From NCBI GenBank assembly GCA_043228905.1, contig JBHGNT010000182.1:1-58705 (forward strand): a DNA stretch of 58,705 bases, read 5' to 3'. The notes under the pieces were generated by a model. The model made no database searches. It was not told the DNA's origin and saw only the letters and a list, made by a program, of their open reading frames with translations. Both the position numbers and the translations under genes were made by a program. The stretch comes from Azolla caroliniana. Its lineage: Eukaryota; Plantae; Polypodiophyta. Within the stretch, counting starts at the first letter, position 1. Every line of letters starts with the position of its first letter. Positions 14,001-29,000 of this stretch are shown one piece after another.

Positions 14001-17000
14001 CTCAGTGAAGGGAAATGTTTATAGATGGCTCGTGTGATATCGGATTTGGGTGTTTGAACTTGCGAATCAAAGGTAACGAAGTGGTCTATAATATAGAATT
14101 GAAAAATGAAGATTTTGAAACTTAGGTCGAGAGATATGAAGAAAAAAGCAAATTTGAGGAAGGCGTAGACAAGAGCTCCTCAATAAATTGAAATGTTTAT
14201 AAACGGCTCGTGCGATAACGGATTTTGGTGTTTGAACTTGCGAATCTAAGGTAACAAAGTGGTCTATAATATATAATTGAAAAATCAAGATTTCGAAACT
14301 CACGTCGAGACATATGAAACAAAAAGCACATTTGAGGAAGGCGTAGACAAGAGCTCCTCAATAAATTGAAATGTTTATAGATGGCTCGGACGATAACGGA
14401 TTTTAGTGTTTGAACTTGCGAATCGAAGGTAAGGAAGTGGTCTATAATATAGAATTGAAAATTCAAGATTTTGAAACTCACGTCGAAAGATATGAAGAAA
14501 AAAAGCAAATTTGAGGAAGCCGTAGACAAGAGCTCCTCAGTGAATGGAAATGTTTATAGATGGCTCGTGCGATAACGGATTTTGGTGTTTGAACTTGCGA
14601 ATCGAAGGTAACGAACTAGTCTATAATATAGAATTGAAAAATCAAGATTTTGAAACTCAGGTCGAGAGATACAAAGAAAAAAACAAATTTGAGGAGGGCG
14701 TAGACAAGAACTCTTCAATAAAGGAAAATGTTCATAGATGGCTCGTGCAATATCGGATTTGAGTGTTTGAAGTTGCGAATCGAAGGTAACGAAGTGGTCT
14801 ATAATATAGAATTGAAAAATCAAAATTTTGAAACTCAGGTCGAGAGATATGAAGCAATACGCAAATTTGAGGAAGGTGTAGACAAGAGCTCCTCAGTGAA
14901 TGGAAATGTTTAAAGATGGCTCTACTGATATCGGATTTGGGTGTTTGAACTTGCGAATCGAAGGTAACGAAGTGGTCTATAATATGAATTGAAAAATCAA
15001 GATTTTGAAACTCAGGTCGAGAGATATGAAGCAAAAAGCAAAATTGAGAAAGGTGTAGACAAGAGCTCCTCAGTGAATGGAAATTTTGAAACTTAGGTCG
15101 GGAGATATGAAGAAAAAAGCAAATTTGAGGAAGGCGTAGACAAGAGCTCCTCAATAAATTGAAATGTTTATAAATGGCTTGTGTGATATCGGATTTAGGT
15201 GTTTGAACTTGCGAATCGAAGGTAACGAAGTAGTATATAATCTAGAATTGAAAAATCAAGATTTTGAATATCAGGTCGAGAGATATGAAGAAAAAAACAA
15301 ATTTGAGGAAGGCGTAGACAAGAGCTCTTCAATAAAGGAAAATGTTCATAGATGGCTCGTGCAATATCGGATTTTAGTGTTTGAACTTGCGAATCGAAGG
15401 TAACGAAGTGGTCTATAATATAGAATTGAAAATCAAGATCTTGAAACTTAGGTCGGGAGATATCTGGAAAAAAGCAAATTTGAGGAAGGCGTAGACAAGA
15501 GCTCCTCAATAAATTGAAATGTTTATAAATGGCTCGTGTGATATCGGATTTTGGTGTTTGAACTTGCGACTCGAAGGTCACAAAGCAATCTATTACAGAT
15601 AATTGAAAAATGAAGATTTTGAAACTCAGGTCGAGAGATACAAAGAAAAAAGCAAATTTGAGGAAGGCGTAGACAAGAGCTCCTCAGTGAATGGAAATGT
15701 CTATAGATGGCTCGTGCGATAACGGATTTTGGTGTTTGAACTTGCGAATCGAAGGTAACGAACTAGTCTATAATATAGAATTGAAAAATCAAGATTTTGA
15801 AACTCAGGTCGAGAGATACGAAGAAAAAAGCAAATTTGAGGAAGGCGTAGACAAGAGCTCCTCAGTAGATGGAAATGTTTAAAGATGGCTCTACTGATAT
15901 CGGATTTGGGTGTTTGAACTTGCGAATCGAAGGTAACGAAGTGGTCTATAATATAGAATTGAAAAATCAAGATTTTAAAACTTAGGTCGAGAGATATGAA
16001 GAAAAAAGCAAATTTGTGGAAGGTGTAGACAACAGCTCTTCAATAAATTGAAATGTTTATAGATGGCTCGTGTGATATCGGATTTTGGTGTTTGAACTTG
16101 CGAATCGCAGGTAACAAAGTAGTCTATTATAGATAATTGAAAAATCAAGATTTTGAAACTCAGGTCGAGAGATATAAAGAAAAAAGCAAATTTGAGGAAG
16201 GCGTAAACAAGAGCTCCTTAGTAAATGGAAATGTTTATAGATGGCTCGTGTGAGATCGGATTTTGGTGTTTGAACTTGCGAATCAAAGGTAACGAAGTAG
16301 TCCATTATAGATAATTGAAAAATCAAGAGTTTGAAACTCAGTTCGAGAGATATGAAGAAAAAAGCAAATTTGAGGAAGGCGTAGACAAGAGCTCCTCAGT
16401 GAACGGAAATGTTTATAGATGGCTCGTGTGATATCGGATTTGGGTGTTTGAACTTGCGAATCAAAGGTAACGAAGTGGTCTATAATATAGAATTGAAAAA
16501 TGAAGATTTTGAAACTTAGGTCGAGAGATATGAAGAAAAAAGCAAATTTGAGGAAGGCGTAGACTAGAGCTCCTCAATAAATTGAAATGTTTATAAACGG
16601 CTCGTGCGATAACGGATTTTGGTGTTTGAACTTGCGAATCTAAGGTAACAAAGTGGTCTATAATATAGAATTGAAAAATCAAGATTTCGAAACTCACGTC
16701 GAGACATATGAAACAAAAAGCAAATTTGAGGAAGGCGTAGACAAGAGCTCCTCAATAAATTGAAATGTTTATAGATGGCTCGTGCGATAACGGATTTTAG
16801 TGTTTGAACTTGCGAATCGAAGGTAACGAAGTGGTCTATAATATAGAATTGAAAAATCAAGATTTTGAAACTCAGGTCGAAAGATATAAAGAAAAAAGCA
16901 AATTTGAGGAAGGCGTAGACAAGAGCTCCTCAGTGAATGGAAATGTTTATAGATTGCTCGTGCGATAACGGATTTTGGTGTTTGAACTTGCGAATCGAAG

Positions 17001-20000
17001 GTAACGAACTAGTCTATAATATAGAATTGAAAAATCAAGATTTTGAAACTCAGGTCGAGAGATACAAAGAAAAAAACAAATTTGAGGAGGGCGTAGACAA
17101 GAACTCTTCAATAAAGGAAAATGTTCATAGATGGCTCGTGCAATATCGGATTTGAGTGTTTGAAGTTGCGAATCGAAGGTAACGAAGTGGTCTATAATAT
17201 AGAATTGAAAAATCAAAATTTTGAAATTCAGGTCGAGAGATATGAAGCAATACGCAAATTTGAGGAAGGTGTAGACAAGAGCTCCTCAGTGAATGGAAAT
17301 GTTTAAAGATGGCTCTACTGATATCGGATTTGGGTGTTTGAACTTGCGAATCGAAGGTAACGAAGTGGTCTATAATATGAATTGAAAAATCAAGATTTTG
17401 AAACCCAGGTCGAGATATATGAAGCAAAAAGCAAAATTGAGAAAGGTGTAGACAAGAGCTCCTCAGTGAATGGAAATTTTGAAACTTAGGTCGGGAGATA
17501 TGAAGAAAAAAGCAAATTTGAGGAAGGCGTAGACAAGAGCTCCTCAATAAATTGAAATGTTTATAAATGGCTTGTGTGATATCGGATTTAGGTGTTTGAA
17601 CTTGCGAATCGAAGGTAACGAAGTAGTATATAATCTAGAATTGAAAAATCAAGATTTTGAATATCAGGTCGAGAGATATGAAGAAAAAAACAAATTTGAG
17701 GAAGGCGTAGACAAGAGCTCTTCAATAAAGGAAAATGTTCATAGATGGCTCGTGCAATATCGGATTTTAGTGTTTGAACTTGCGAATCGAAGGTAACGAA
17801 GTGGTCTATAATATAGAATTGAAAATCAAGATTTTGAAACTTAGGTCGGGAGATATCTGGAAAAAAGCAAATTTGAGGAAGGCGTAGACAAGAGCTCCTC
17901 AATAAATTGAAATGTTTATAAATGGCTCGTGTGATATCGGATTTTGGTGTTTGAACTTGCGAATCGAAGGTAACAAAGCAGTCTATTAAAGATAATTGAA
18001 AAATGAAGATTTTGAAACTCAGGTCGAGAGATACAAAGAAAAAAGCAAATTTGAGGAAGGCGTAGACAAGAGCTCTTTCGTGAATGGAAATGTTTATAGA
18101 TGGCTCGTGTCAGATCGGATTTTGGTGTTTGAACTTGCGAATCAAAGGTAACAAAGTGGTCTATTACAGATAATTGAAAAATCAAGATTTTGAAACTCAG
18201 GTCGAGAGATATAAAAAGAAAAGAAAATTTGAGGAAGGCATAGACAAGAGCTCCTTAGTGAATGGAAATGTTTATAGATGGCTCGTGTGAGATCGGATTT
18301 TGGTGTTTGAACTTGCGAATCAAAGGTAACGAACTAGTCTATAATATAGAATTGAAAAATCAAGATTTTGAAACTCAGGTCGAGAGATATGAAGAAAAAA
18401 GCAAATTTGAGGAAGGTGTAGACAAGAGCTCCTCAGTGAATGGAAATGTTTAAAGATGGCTCTACTGATATCGGATTATGGTGTTTGAACTTGCGGATCG
18501 AAGGTAACGAAGTGGTCTATAATATAGAATTGAAAAATCAAGATTTTAAAACTTAGGTCGAGAGATATGAAGAAAAAAGCAAATTTGAGGAAGGCGTAGA
18601 CAACAGCTCTTCAATAAATTGAAATGTTTATAGATGGCTCGTGTGATATCGGATTTTGGTGTTTGAACTTGCGAATCGCAGGTAACAAAGTAGTCTATTA
18701 CAGATAATTGAAAAATCAAGATTTTAAAACTCAGTTCGAGAGATATAAAGAAAAAAGCAAATTTGAGGAAGGCGTAAACAAGAGCTCCTTAGTAAATGGA
18801 AATGTTTATAGATGGCTCGTGTGATATCGGATTTTGGTGTTTGAACTTGCGAATCAAAGGTAACGAAGTAGTCCATTATAGATAATTGAAAAATCAAGAG
18901 TTCGAAACTCAGTTCGAGAAATATGAAGAAAAAAGCAAATTTGAGGAAGGCGTAGACAAGAGCTCCTCAGTGAAGGGAAATGTTTATAGATGGCTCGTGT
19001 GATATCGGATTTGGGTGTTTGAACTTGCGAATCAAAGGTAACGAAGTGGTCTATAATATAGAATTGAAAAATCAAGATTTTGAAACTTAGGTCGAGAGAT
19101 ATGAAGAAAAAAGCAAATTTGAGGAAGGCGTAGACAAGAGCTCCTCAATAAATTGAAATGTTTATAAACGGCTCGTGCGATAACGGATTTTGGTGTTTGA
19201 ACTTGCGAATCTAAGGTAACAAAGTAGTCTATAATATAGAATCGAAAAATCAAGATTTCGAAACTCACGTCGAGACATATGAAACAAAAAGCAAATTTGA
19301 GGAAGGCGTAGACAAGAGCTCCTCAATAAATTGAAATGTTTATAGATGGCTCGTGCGATAACGGATTTTAGTGTTTGCACTTGCGAATCGAAGGTAACGA
19401 AGTGGTCTATAATATAGAATTGAAAAATCAAGATTTTGAAACTCAGGTCGAAAGATATGAAGAAAAAAGAAAATTTGAGGAAGGCGTAGACAAGAGCTCC
19501 TCAGTGAATGGAAATGTTTATAGATGGCTCGTGCGATAACGGATTTTGGTGTTTGAACTTGCGAATCGAAGGTAACGAACTAGTCTATAATATAGAATTG
19601 AAAAATCAAGATTTTGAAACTCAGGTCGAGAGATACGAAGAAAAAAACAAATTTGAGGAAGGCGTAGACAAGAGCTCTTCAATAAAGCAAAATGTTCATA
19701 GATGGCTCGTGCAATATCGGATTTGAGTGTTTGAAGTTGCGAATCGAAGGTAACGAAGTGGTCTATAATATAGAATTGAAAAATCAAGATTTTGAAATTC
19801 AGGTCGAGAGATATGAAGCAATACGCAAATTTGAGGAAGGTGTAGACAAGAGCTCCTTAGTGAATGGAAATGTTTAAAGATGGCTCTACTGATATCGGAT
19901 TTGGGTGTTTGAACTTGCGAATCGAAGGTAACGAAGTGGTCTATAATATAGAATTGAAAAATCAAGATTTTGAAACTCAGGTCGACAGATATGAAGAAAA

Positions 20001-23000
20001 AAGGAAATTTGAGGAAGGCGTAGACAAGAGCTCCTCAATAAATTGAAATGTTTATAGATGGCTCTTCTGATATCGGATTTGGGTGTTTGAACTTGCGAAT
20101 CGAAGGTAACGAAGTGGTCTATAATATAGAATCGAAAAATCAAGATTTTGAAAATTCAGGTCGAGAGATATGAAGCAAAAAGCAAATTTGAGGAAGGTGT
20201 AGAGAAAAGCTCCTCAGTGAATGGAAATGTTTAAAGATGGCTCTTCTGATATCGGATTTTGGTGTTTGAACTTGTGAATCGAAGGCAACAAAGTGGTCTA
20301 TAATATAGAATTGAAAAATCAAGTGGTCGGGAGATATGAAGAAAAAAACAAATTTGAGTAAGTCGTAGACAAGAGCTCCTCAATAAATTGAAATGTTTAT
20401 AAATGGCTCGTGTGATATCGGATTTTGGTGTTTGAACTTGCGAATCGAAGGTAACAGAGTAGTCTATTACAGATAATTGAAAAATTCGGATTATGAAACT
20501 CAGGTCGAGAGATATAAAGAAAAAAGCAAATTTGAGGAAGGCCTAGACAAGAGCTCCTTAGTGAATGGAAATGTTTATAGATGGCTCGTGTGAGATCGGA
20601 TTTTGGTGTTTGACCTTGCAATCAAAGGTAACGAAGTAGTCTATTACAGATAATTGAAAAATCAAGAGTTTGAATCTAAGGTCCGGAGATATGAAGAAAA
20701 AAGCAAATTTGAGGAAGGCGTAAACAAGAGCTCCTTAGTGAATGGAAATGTTTATAGGTGGCTCGTGTGATATCGGATTTTGGGGTTTGAACTTGCGAAT
20801 CGAAGGTAACGAACTAGTCTATAATATAGAATTGAAAAATCAAGATTTTGAAACTCAGGTCGAGAGATATGAATAGAAAAACAAATTTGAGGAAGGCGTA
20901 GACAAGAGCTCTTCAATAAAGGAAAATGTTCATAGATGGCTCGAGCAATATCGGATTTTAGTGTTTGAGCTTGCGAATCGAAGGTAACGAAGTGGTCTAT
21001 AATATAGAATTGAAAAATCAAGATTTTGAAATTCAGGTCGAGAGATATGAAGCAAAAAGCAAATTTGAGGAAGGTGTAGACAAGAGCTCCTTAGTGAATG
21101 GAAATGTTTATAGATGGCTCTTCTGATATCGGATTTGGGTGTTTGAACTTGCGAATCGAAGGTAACGAAGTGGTCTATAATATAGAATTGAAAAATCAAG
21201 ATTTTGAAACTTAGGTCGGGAGATATGAAGGAAAAAGCAAATTTGAGGATGGCGTAGACAAGAGCTCCTTAATAAATTGAAATGTTTATAAATGGCTCGT
21301 TTGATATCGGATTTTGGTGTTTGAACTTGCGAATCGAAGGTAACAAAGTGGTCTATAATATAGAATGGAAAAATCAAGATTTTGAAACTCAGGTCGAGAG
21401 ATATGAAAAAAAAAGCAAATTTGAGGAAGGCGTAGACAAGAGCTCCTCAATAAATTGAAATGTTTATAGATGGCTCTTCTGATATCGGATTTGGGTGTTT
21501 GAACTTGCGAATCCAAGGTAACGAAGTGGTCTATAATATAGAATCGAAAAATCAACATTTTGAAATTCAGGTCGAGAGATATGAAGCAATGGAAATGTTT
21601 ATAGATGGCTCTTCTGATATCCGATTTGGGTGTTTGAACTTGCGAATCGAAGGTAACGATGTGGTCTATAATATAGAATCGAAAAATCAAGATTTTGAAA
21701 TTCAGGTCGAGAGATATGAAGCAAAAAGCAAATTTGAGGAAGGTGTAGAGAAGAGCTCCTCAGTGAATGGAAATGTTTAAAGATGGCTCTTCCGATATCG
21801 GATTTTGGTGTTTGAACTTGTGAATCGAAGTTAAAAAAGTGGTCTATAATATAGAATTGAAAAATCAAGATTTTAAAACTTAGGTCGGGAGATATGAAGA
21901 AAAAAACAAATTTGAGGAAGTCGTAGACAAGAGCTCCTCAATAAATTGAAATGTTTATAAATGGCTCGTGTGATATCGGATTTTGGTGTTTGAACTTGCG
22001 AATCGAAGGTAACAAAGTGGTCTATAACATAGAATTGAAAAATCAAGATTTTGAAACTCAGGTCAAGAGATATGAAGAAAAAAGCAAATTTGAGAAAGGC
22101 GTAGACAAGAGCTCCTTAATAAATTGAAATGTTTATAGATGGCTCTTCTGATATCGGATTTGGGTGTTTGAACTTGCGAATCGAAGGTAACGAGGTGGTC
22201 TATAATATAGAATTGAAAAATCAAGATTTTGAAACTCAGGTCGAGAGATATGAAGAAAAAAACAAATTTGAGGAAGTCGTAGACAAGAGCTCCTCAATAA
22301 ATTGAAATGTTTATAAATGGCTCGTGTGATATCGGATTTTGGTGTTTGAACTTGCGAATCGAAGGTAACAAAGTGTTCTATAATATAGAATTGAAAAATC
22401 AAGATTTAGAAACTCAGGTCGAGAGATATGAAGAAAAAAGCAAATTTGAGGACGGCGTAGACAAGAGCTCCTCAATATATTGAAATGTTTATAGATGGCT
22501 CTTCTGATATCGGATTTGGGTGTTTGAACTTGCGAATCGAAGGCAACGAAGTGGTCTATAATATAGAATTGAAAAATCAAGATTTTGAAACTCAGGTCGA
22601 GAGATATGAAGAAAAAAGCAAATTTGAGGAAGGCGTAGACAAGAGCTCTTCAATAAAGGAAAATGTTCATAGATGGCTCGAGCAATATCGGATTTTAGTG
22701 TTTGAGCTTGCGAATCGAAGGTAACGAAGTGGTCTATAATATAGAATTGAAAAATCAAGATTTTGAAATTCAGGTCGAGAGATATGAAGCAAAAAGCAAA
22801 TTTGAGGAAGGCGTAGACAAGAGCTCCTCAATAAATTGAAATGTTTATAGATGGCTCTTCTGATATCGGATTTGGGTGTTTGAACTTGCGAATCGAAGGT
22901 AACGAAGTGGTCTATAATATAGAATTGAAAAATCAAGATTTTGAAACTCAGGTCGAGAGATATAAAGAAAAAAGGAAATTTGAGGAAGGCGTAGACAAGA

Positions 23001-26000
23001 GCTCCTCAATAAATTGAAATGTTTATAGATGGCTCTTCTGATATCGGATTTGGGTGTTTAAACTTGCGAATCGAAGGTAACGAAGTGGTCTATAATATAG
23101 AATCGAAAAATCAAGATTTTGAAAATTCAGGTCGAGAGATATGAAGCAAAAAGCAAATTTGAGGAAGGTGTAGAGAAAAGCTCCTCAGTGAATGGAAATG
23201 TTTAAAGATGGCTCTTCTAATATCGGATTTTGGTGTTTGAACTTGTGAATCGAAGGTAACAAAGTGGTCTATAATATAGAATTGAAAAATCAAGATTTTA
23301 AAACTTAGGTCGGGAGATATGAAGAAAAAAACAAATTTGAGTAAGTCGTAGACAAGAGCTCCTCAATAAATTGAAATGTTTATAAATGGCTCGTGTGATA
23401 TCGGATTTTGGTGTTTGAACTTGCGAATCGAAGGTAACAGAGTAGTCTATTACAGATAATTGAAAAATTCGGATTATGAAACTCAGGTCGAGAGATATAA
23501 AGAAAAAAGCAAATTTGAGGAAGGCCTAGACAAGAGCTCCTTAGTGAATGGAAATGTTTATAGATGGCTCGTGTGAGATCGGATTTTGGTGTTTGACCTT
23601 GCAATCAAAGGTAACGAAGTAGTCTATTACAGATAATTGAAAAATCAAGAGTTTGAATCTAAGGTCCGGAGATATGAAGAAAAAAGCAAATTTGAGGAAG
23701 GCGTAGACAAGAGCTCCTTAGTGAATGGAAATGTTTATAGGTGGCTCGTGTGATATCGGATTTTGGTGTTTGAACTTGCGAATCGAAGGTAACGAACTAG
23801 TCTATAATATAGAATTGAAAATTCAAGATTTTGAAACTCACGTCGAAAGATATGAAGAAAAAAAGCAAATTTGAGGAAGGTGTAGACAAGAGCTCCTTAG
23901 TGAATGGAAATGTTTATAGATGGCTCTTCTGATATCGGATTTGGGTGTTTGAACTTGCGAATCGAAGGTAACGAAGTGGTCTATAATATAGAATTGAAAA
24001 ATCAAGATTTTGAAACTTAGGTCGGGAGATATGAAGGAAAAAGCAAATTTGAGGAAGGCGTAGACAAGAGCTCCTTAATAAATTGAAATGTTTATAAATG
24101 GCTCGTTTGATATCGGATTTTGGTGTTTGAACTTGCGAATCGAAGGTAACAAAGTGGTCTATAATATAGAATGGAAAAATCAAGATTTTGAAACTCAGGT
24201 CGAGAGATATGAAAAAAAAAGCAAATTTGAGGAAGGCGTAGACAAGAGCTCCTCAATAAATTGAAATGTTTATAGATGGCTCTTCTGATATCGGATTTGG
24301 GTGTTTGAACTTGCGAATCCAAGGTAACGAAGTGGTCTATAATATAGAATCGAAAAATCAACATTTTGAAATTCAGGTCGAGAGATATGAAGCAATGGAA
24401 ATGTTTATAGATGGCTCTTCTGATATCCGATTTGGGTGTTTGAACTTGCGAATCGAAGGTAACGATGTGGTCTATAATATAGAATCGAAAAATCAAGATT
24501 TTGAAATTCAGGTCGAGAGATATGAAGCAAAAAGCAAATTTGAGGAAGGTGTAGAGAAGAGCTCCTCAGTGAATGGAAATGTTTAAAGATGGCTCTTCCG
24601 ATATCGGATTTTGGTGTTTGAACTTGTGAATCGAAGTTAAAAAAGTGGTCTATAATATAGAATTGAAAAATCAAGATTTTAAAACTTAGGTCGGGAGATA
24701 TGAAGAAAAAAACAAATTTGAGGAAGTCGTAGACAAGAGCTCCTCAATAAATTGAAATGTTTATAAATGGCTCGTGTGATATCGGATTTTGGTGTTTGAA
24801 CTTGCGAATCGAAGGTAACAAAGTGGTCTATAACATAGAATTGAAAAATCAAGATTTTGAAACTCAGGTCAAGAGATATGAAGAAAAAAGCAAATTTGAG
24901 AAAGGCGTAGACAAGAGCTCCTTAATAAATTGAAATGTTTATAGATGGCTCTTCTGATATCGGATTTGGGTGTTTGAACTTGCGAATCGAAGGTAACGAA
25001 GTGGTCTATAATATAGAATTGAAAAATCAAGATTTTGAAACTCAGGTCGAGAGATATGAAGAAAAAAACAAATTTGAGGAAGTCGTAGACAAGAGCTCCT
25101 CAATAAATTGAAATGTTTATAAATGGCTCGTGTGATATCGGATTTTGGTGTTTGAACTTGCGAATCGAAGGTAACAAAGTGTTCTATAATATAGAATTGA
25201 AAAATCAAGATTTAGAAACTCAGGTCGAGAGATATGAAGAAAAAAGCAAATTTGAGGACGGCGTAGACAAGAGCTCCTCAATAAATTGAAATGTTTATAG
25301 ATGGCTCTTCTGATATCGGATTTGGGTGTTTGAACTTGCGAATCGAAGGCAACGAAGTGGTCTATAATATAGAATTGAAAAATCAAGATTTTGAAACTCA
25401 GGTCGAGAGATATGAAGAAAAAAGCAAATTTGAGGAAGGCGTAGACAAGAGCTCTTCAATAAAGGAAAATGTTCATAGATGGCTCGAGCAATATCGGATT
25501 TTAGTGTTTGAGCTTGCGAATCGAAGGTAACGAAGTGGTCTATAATATAGAATTGAAAAATCAAGATTTTGAAATTCAGGTCGAGAGATATGAAGCAAAA
25601 AGCAAATTTGAGGAAGGCGTAGACAAGAGCTCCTCAATAAATTGAAATGTTTATAGATGGCTCTTCTGATATCGGATTTGGGTGTTTGAACTTGCGAATC
25701 GAAGGTAACGAAGTGGTCTATAATATAGAATTGAAAAATCAAGATTTTGAAACTCAGGTCGACAGATATAAAGAAAAAAGGAAATTTGAGGAAGGCGTAG
25801 ACAAGAGCTCCTCAATAAATTGAAATGTTTATAGATGGCTCTTCTGATATCGGATTTGGGTGTTTAAACTTGCGAATCGAAGGTAACGAAGTGGTCTATA
25901 ATATAGAATCGAAAAATCAAGATTTTGAAATTCAGGTCGAGAGATATGAAGCAAAAAGCAAATTTGAGGAAGGTGTAGAGAAAAGCTCCTCAGTGAATGG

Positions 26001-29000
26001 AAATGTTTAAAGATGGCTCTTCTAATATCGGATTTTGGTGTTTGAACTTGTGAATCGAAGGTAACAAAGTGGTCTATAATATAGAATTGAAAAATCAAGA
26101 TTTTAAAACTTAGGTCGGGAGATATGAAGAAAAAAACAAATTTGAGTAAGTCGTAGACAAGAGCTCCTCAATAAATTGAAATGTTTATAAATGGCTCGTG
26201 TGATATCGGATTTTGGTGTTTGAACTTGCGAATCGAAGGTAACAAAGTAGTCTATTACAGATAATTGAAAAATCAAGATTATGATACTCAGGTCGAGAGA
26301 TATAAAGAAAAAAGCAAATTTGAGGAAGGAATGGACAAGAGCTCCTTACTGAATGGAAATGTTTATAGATGGCTCGTGTGAGATCGGATTTTGGTGTTTG
26401 ACCTTGCAATCAAAGGTAACGAAGTAGTTTATTATAGATAATTGAAAAATCAAGAGTTTGAATCTAAGGTCCGGAGATATGAAGAAAAAAGCAAATTTGA
26501 GGAAGGCGTAAACAAGAGCTCCTTAGTGAATGGAAATGTTTATAGGTGGCTCGTGTGATATCGGATTTTGGTGTTTGAACTTGCGAATCGAAGGTAACGA
26601 ACTAGTCTATAATATAGAATTGAAAAATCAAGATTTTGAAACTCAGGTCGAGAGATATGAAGAGAAAACCAAATTTGAGGAAGGCGTAGACAAGAGCTCT
26701 TCAATAAAGGAAAATGTTCATAGATGGCTCGAGCAATATCGGATTTTAGTGTTTGAGCTTGCGAATCGAAGGTAACGAAGTGGTCTATAATATAGAATTG
26801 AAAAATCAAGATTTTGAAATTAAGGTCGAGAGATATGAAGCAAAAAGTAAATTTGAGGAAGGCGTAGACAAGAACTCCTCAATAAATTGAAATGTTTATA
26901 GATGGCTCTTCTGATATCGGATTTGGGTGTTTGAACTTGCGAATCGAAGGTAACAAAGTGGTCTATAATATAGAATTGAAAAATCAAGATTTTGAAACTC
27001 AGGTCGACAGATATGAAGAAAAAAGGAAATTTGAGGAAGGCGTAGACAAGAGCTCCTCAATAAATTGAAATGTTTATAGATGGCTCTTCTGATATCGGAT
27101 TTGGGTGTTTGAACTTGCGAATCGAAGGTAACGAAGTGGTCTATAATATAGAATCGAAAAATCAAGATTTTGAAAATTCAGGTCGAGAGATATGAAGCAA
27201 AAAGCAAATTTGAGGAAGGTGTAGAGAAAAGCTCCTCAGTGAATGGAAATGTTTAAAGATGGCTCTTCTGATATCGGATTTTGGTGTTTGAACTTGTGAA
27301 TCGAAGGCAACAAAGTGGTCTATAATATAGAATTGAAAAATCAAGTGGTCGGGAGATATGAAGAAAAAAACAAATTTGAGTAAGTCGTAGACAAGAGCTC
27401 CTCAATAAATTGAAATGTTTATAAATGGCTCGTGTGATATCGGATTTTGGTGTTTGAACTTGCGAATCGAAGGTAACAGAGTAGTCTATTACAAATAATT
27501 GAAAAATTCGGATTATGAAACTCAGGTCGAGAGATATAAAGAAAAAAGCAAATTTGAGGAAGGCCTAGACAAGAGCTCCTTTGTGAATGGAAATGTTTAT
27601 AGATGGCTCGTGTGAGATCGGATTTTGGTGTTTGACCTTGCAATCAAAGGTAACGAAGTAGTCTATTACAGATAATTGAAAAATCAAGAGTTTGAATCTA
27701 AGGTCCGGAGATATGAAGAAAAAAGCAAATTTGAGGAAGGCGTAAACAAGAGCTCCTTAGTGAATGGAAATGTTTATAGGTGGCTCGTGTGATATCGGAT
27801 TTTGGTGTTTGAACTTGCGAATCGAAGGTAACGAACTAGTCTATAAGATAGAATTGAAAAATCAAGATTTTGAAACTCAGGTCGAGAGATATGAATAGAA
27901 AAACAAATTTGAGGAAGGCGTAGACAAGAGCTCTTCAATAAAGGAAAATGTTCATAGATGGCTCGAGCAATATCGGATTTTAGTGTTTGAGCTTGCGAAT
28001 CGAAGGTAACGAAGTGGTCTATAATATAGAATTGAAAAATCAAGATTTTGAAATTCAGGTCGAGAGATATGAAGCAAAAAGCAAATTTGAGGAAGGTGTA
28101 GACAAGAGCTCCTTAGTGAATGGAAATGTTTATAGATGGCTCTTCTGATATCGGATTTGGGTGTTTGAACTTGCGAATCGAAGGTAACGAAGTGGTCTAT
28201 AATATAGAATTGAAAAATCAAGATTTTGAAACTTAGGTCGGGAGATATGAAGGAAAAAGCAAATTTGAGGAAGGCGTAGACAAGAGCTCCTTAATAAATT
28301 GAAATGTTTATAAATGGCTCGTTTGATATCGGATTTTGGTGTTTGAACTTGCGAATCGAAGGTAACAAAGTGGTCTATAATATAGAATGGAAAAATCAAG
28401 ATTTTGAAACTCAGGTCGAGAGATATGAAAAAAAAAGCAAATTTGAGGAAGGCGTAGACAAGAGCTCCTCAATAAATTGAAATGTTTATAGATGGCTCGT
28501 GTGAAACTCAGGTCGAGAGATATGAAGAAAAAAACAAATTTGAGGAAGGCGTAGACCAGAGCTCTTCAATAAAGGAAAATGTTCATAGATGGCTCGTGCA
28601 AGATCGGATTTTAGTGTTTGAACTTGCGAATCGAAGGTAACGAAGTGTTCTATAATATAGAATTGAAAAATCAAGATTTTGAAGTTCAGGTCGAGAGATA
28701 TGAAGCAAAAAGCAAATTTGAGGAAGGTGTAGACAAGAGCTCCTCAATAAATTGAAATGTTTATAGATGGCTCTTCTGATATCTGATTTTGGTGTTTGAA
28801 CTTGCGAATTGAAGGTAACGAAGTAGTCTATAATCTAGAATTGACAAATCAAGATTTTGAATCTCAGGTCGAGAGATATGAAGAAAAAAGGAAATTTGAG
28901 AAAGGCGTAGACAAGAGCTCCTTAATAAATTGAAATGTTTATAGATGGCTCTTCTGATATCGGATTTGGGTGTTTGAACTTGCGAATCGAAGGTAACGAA

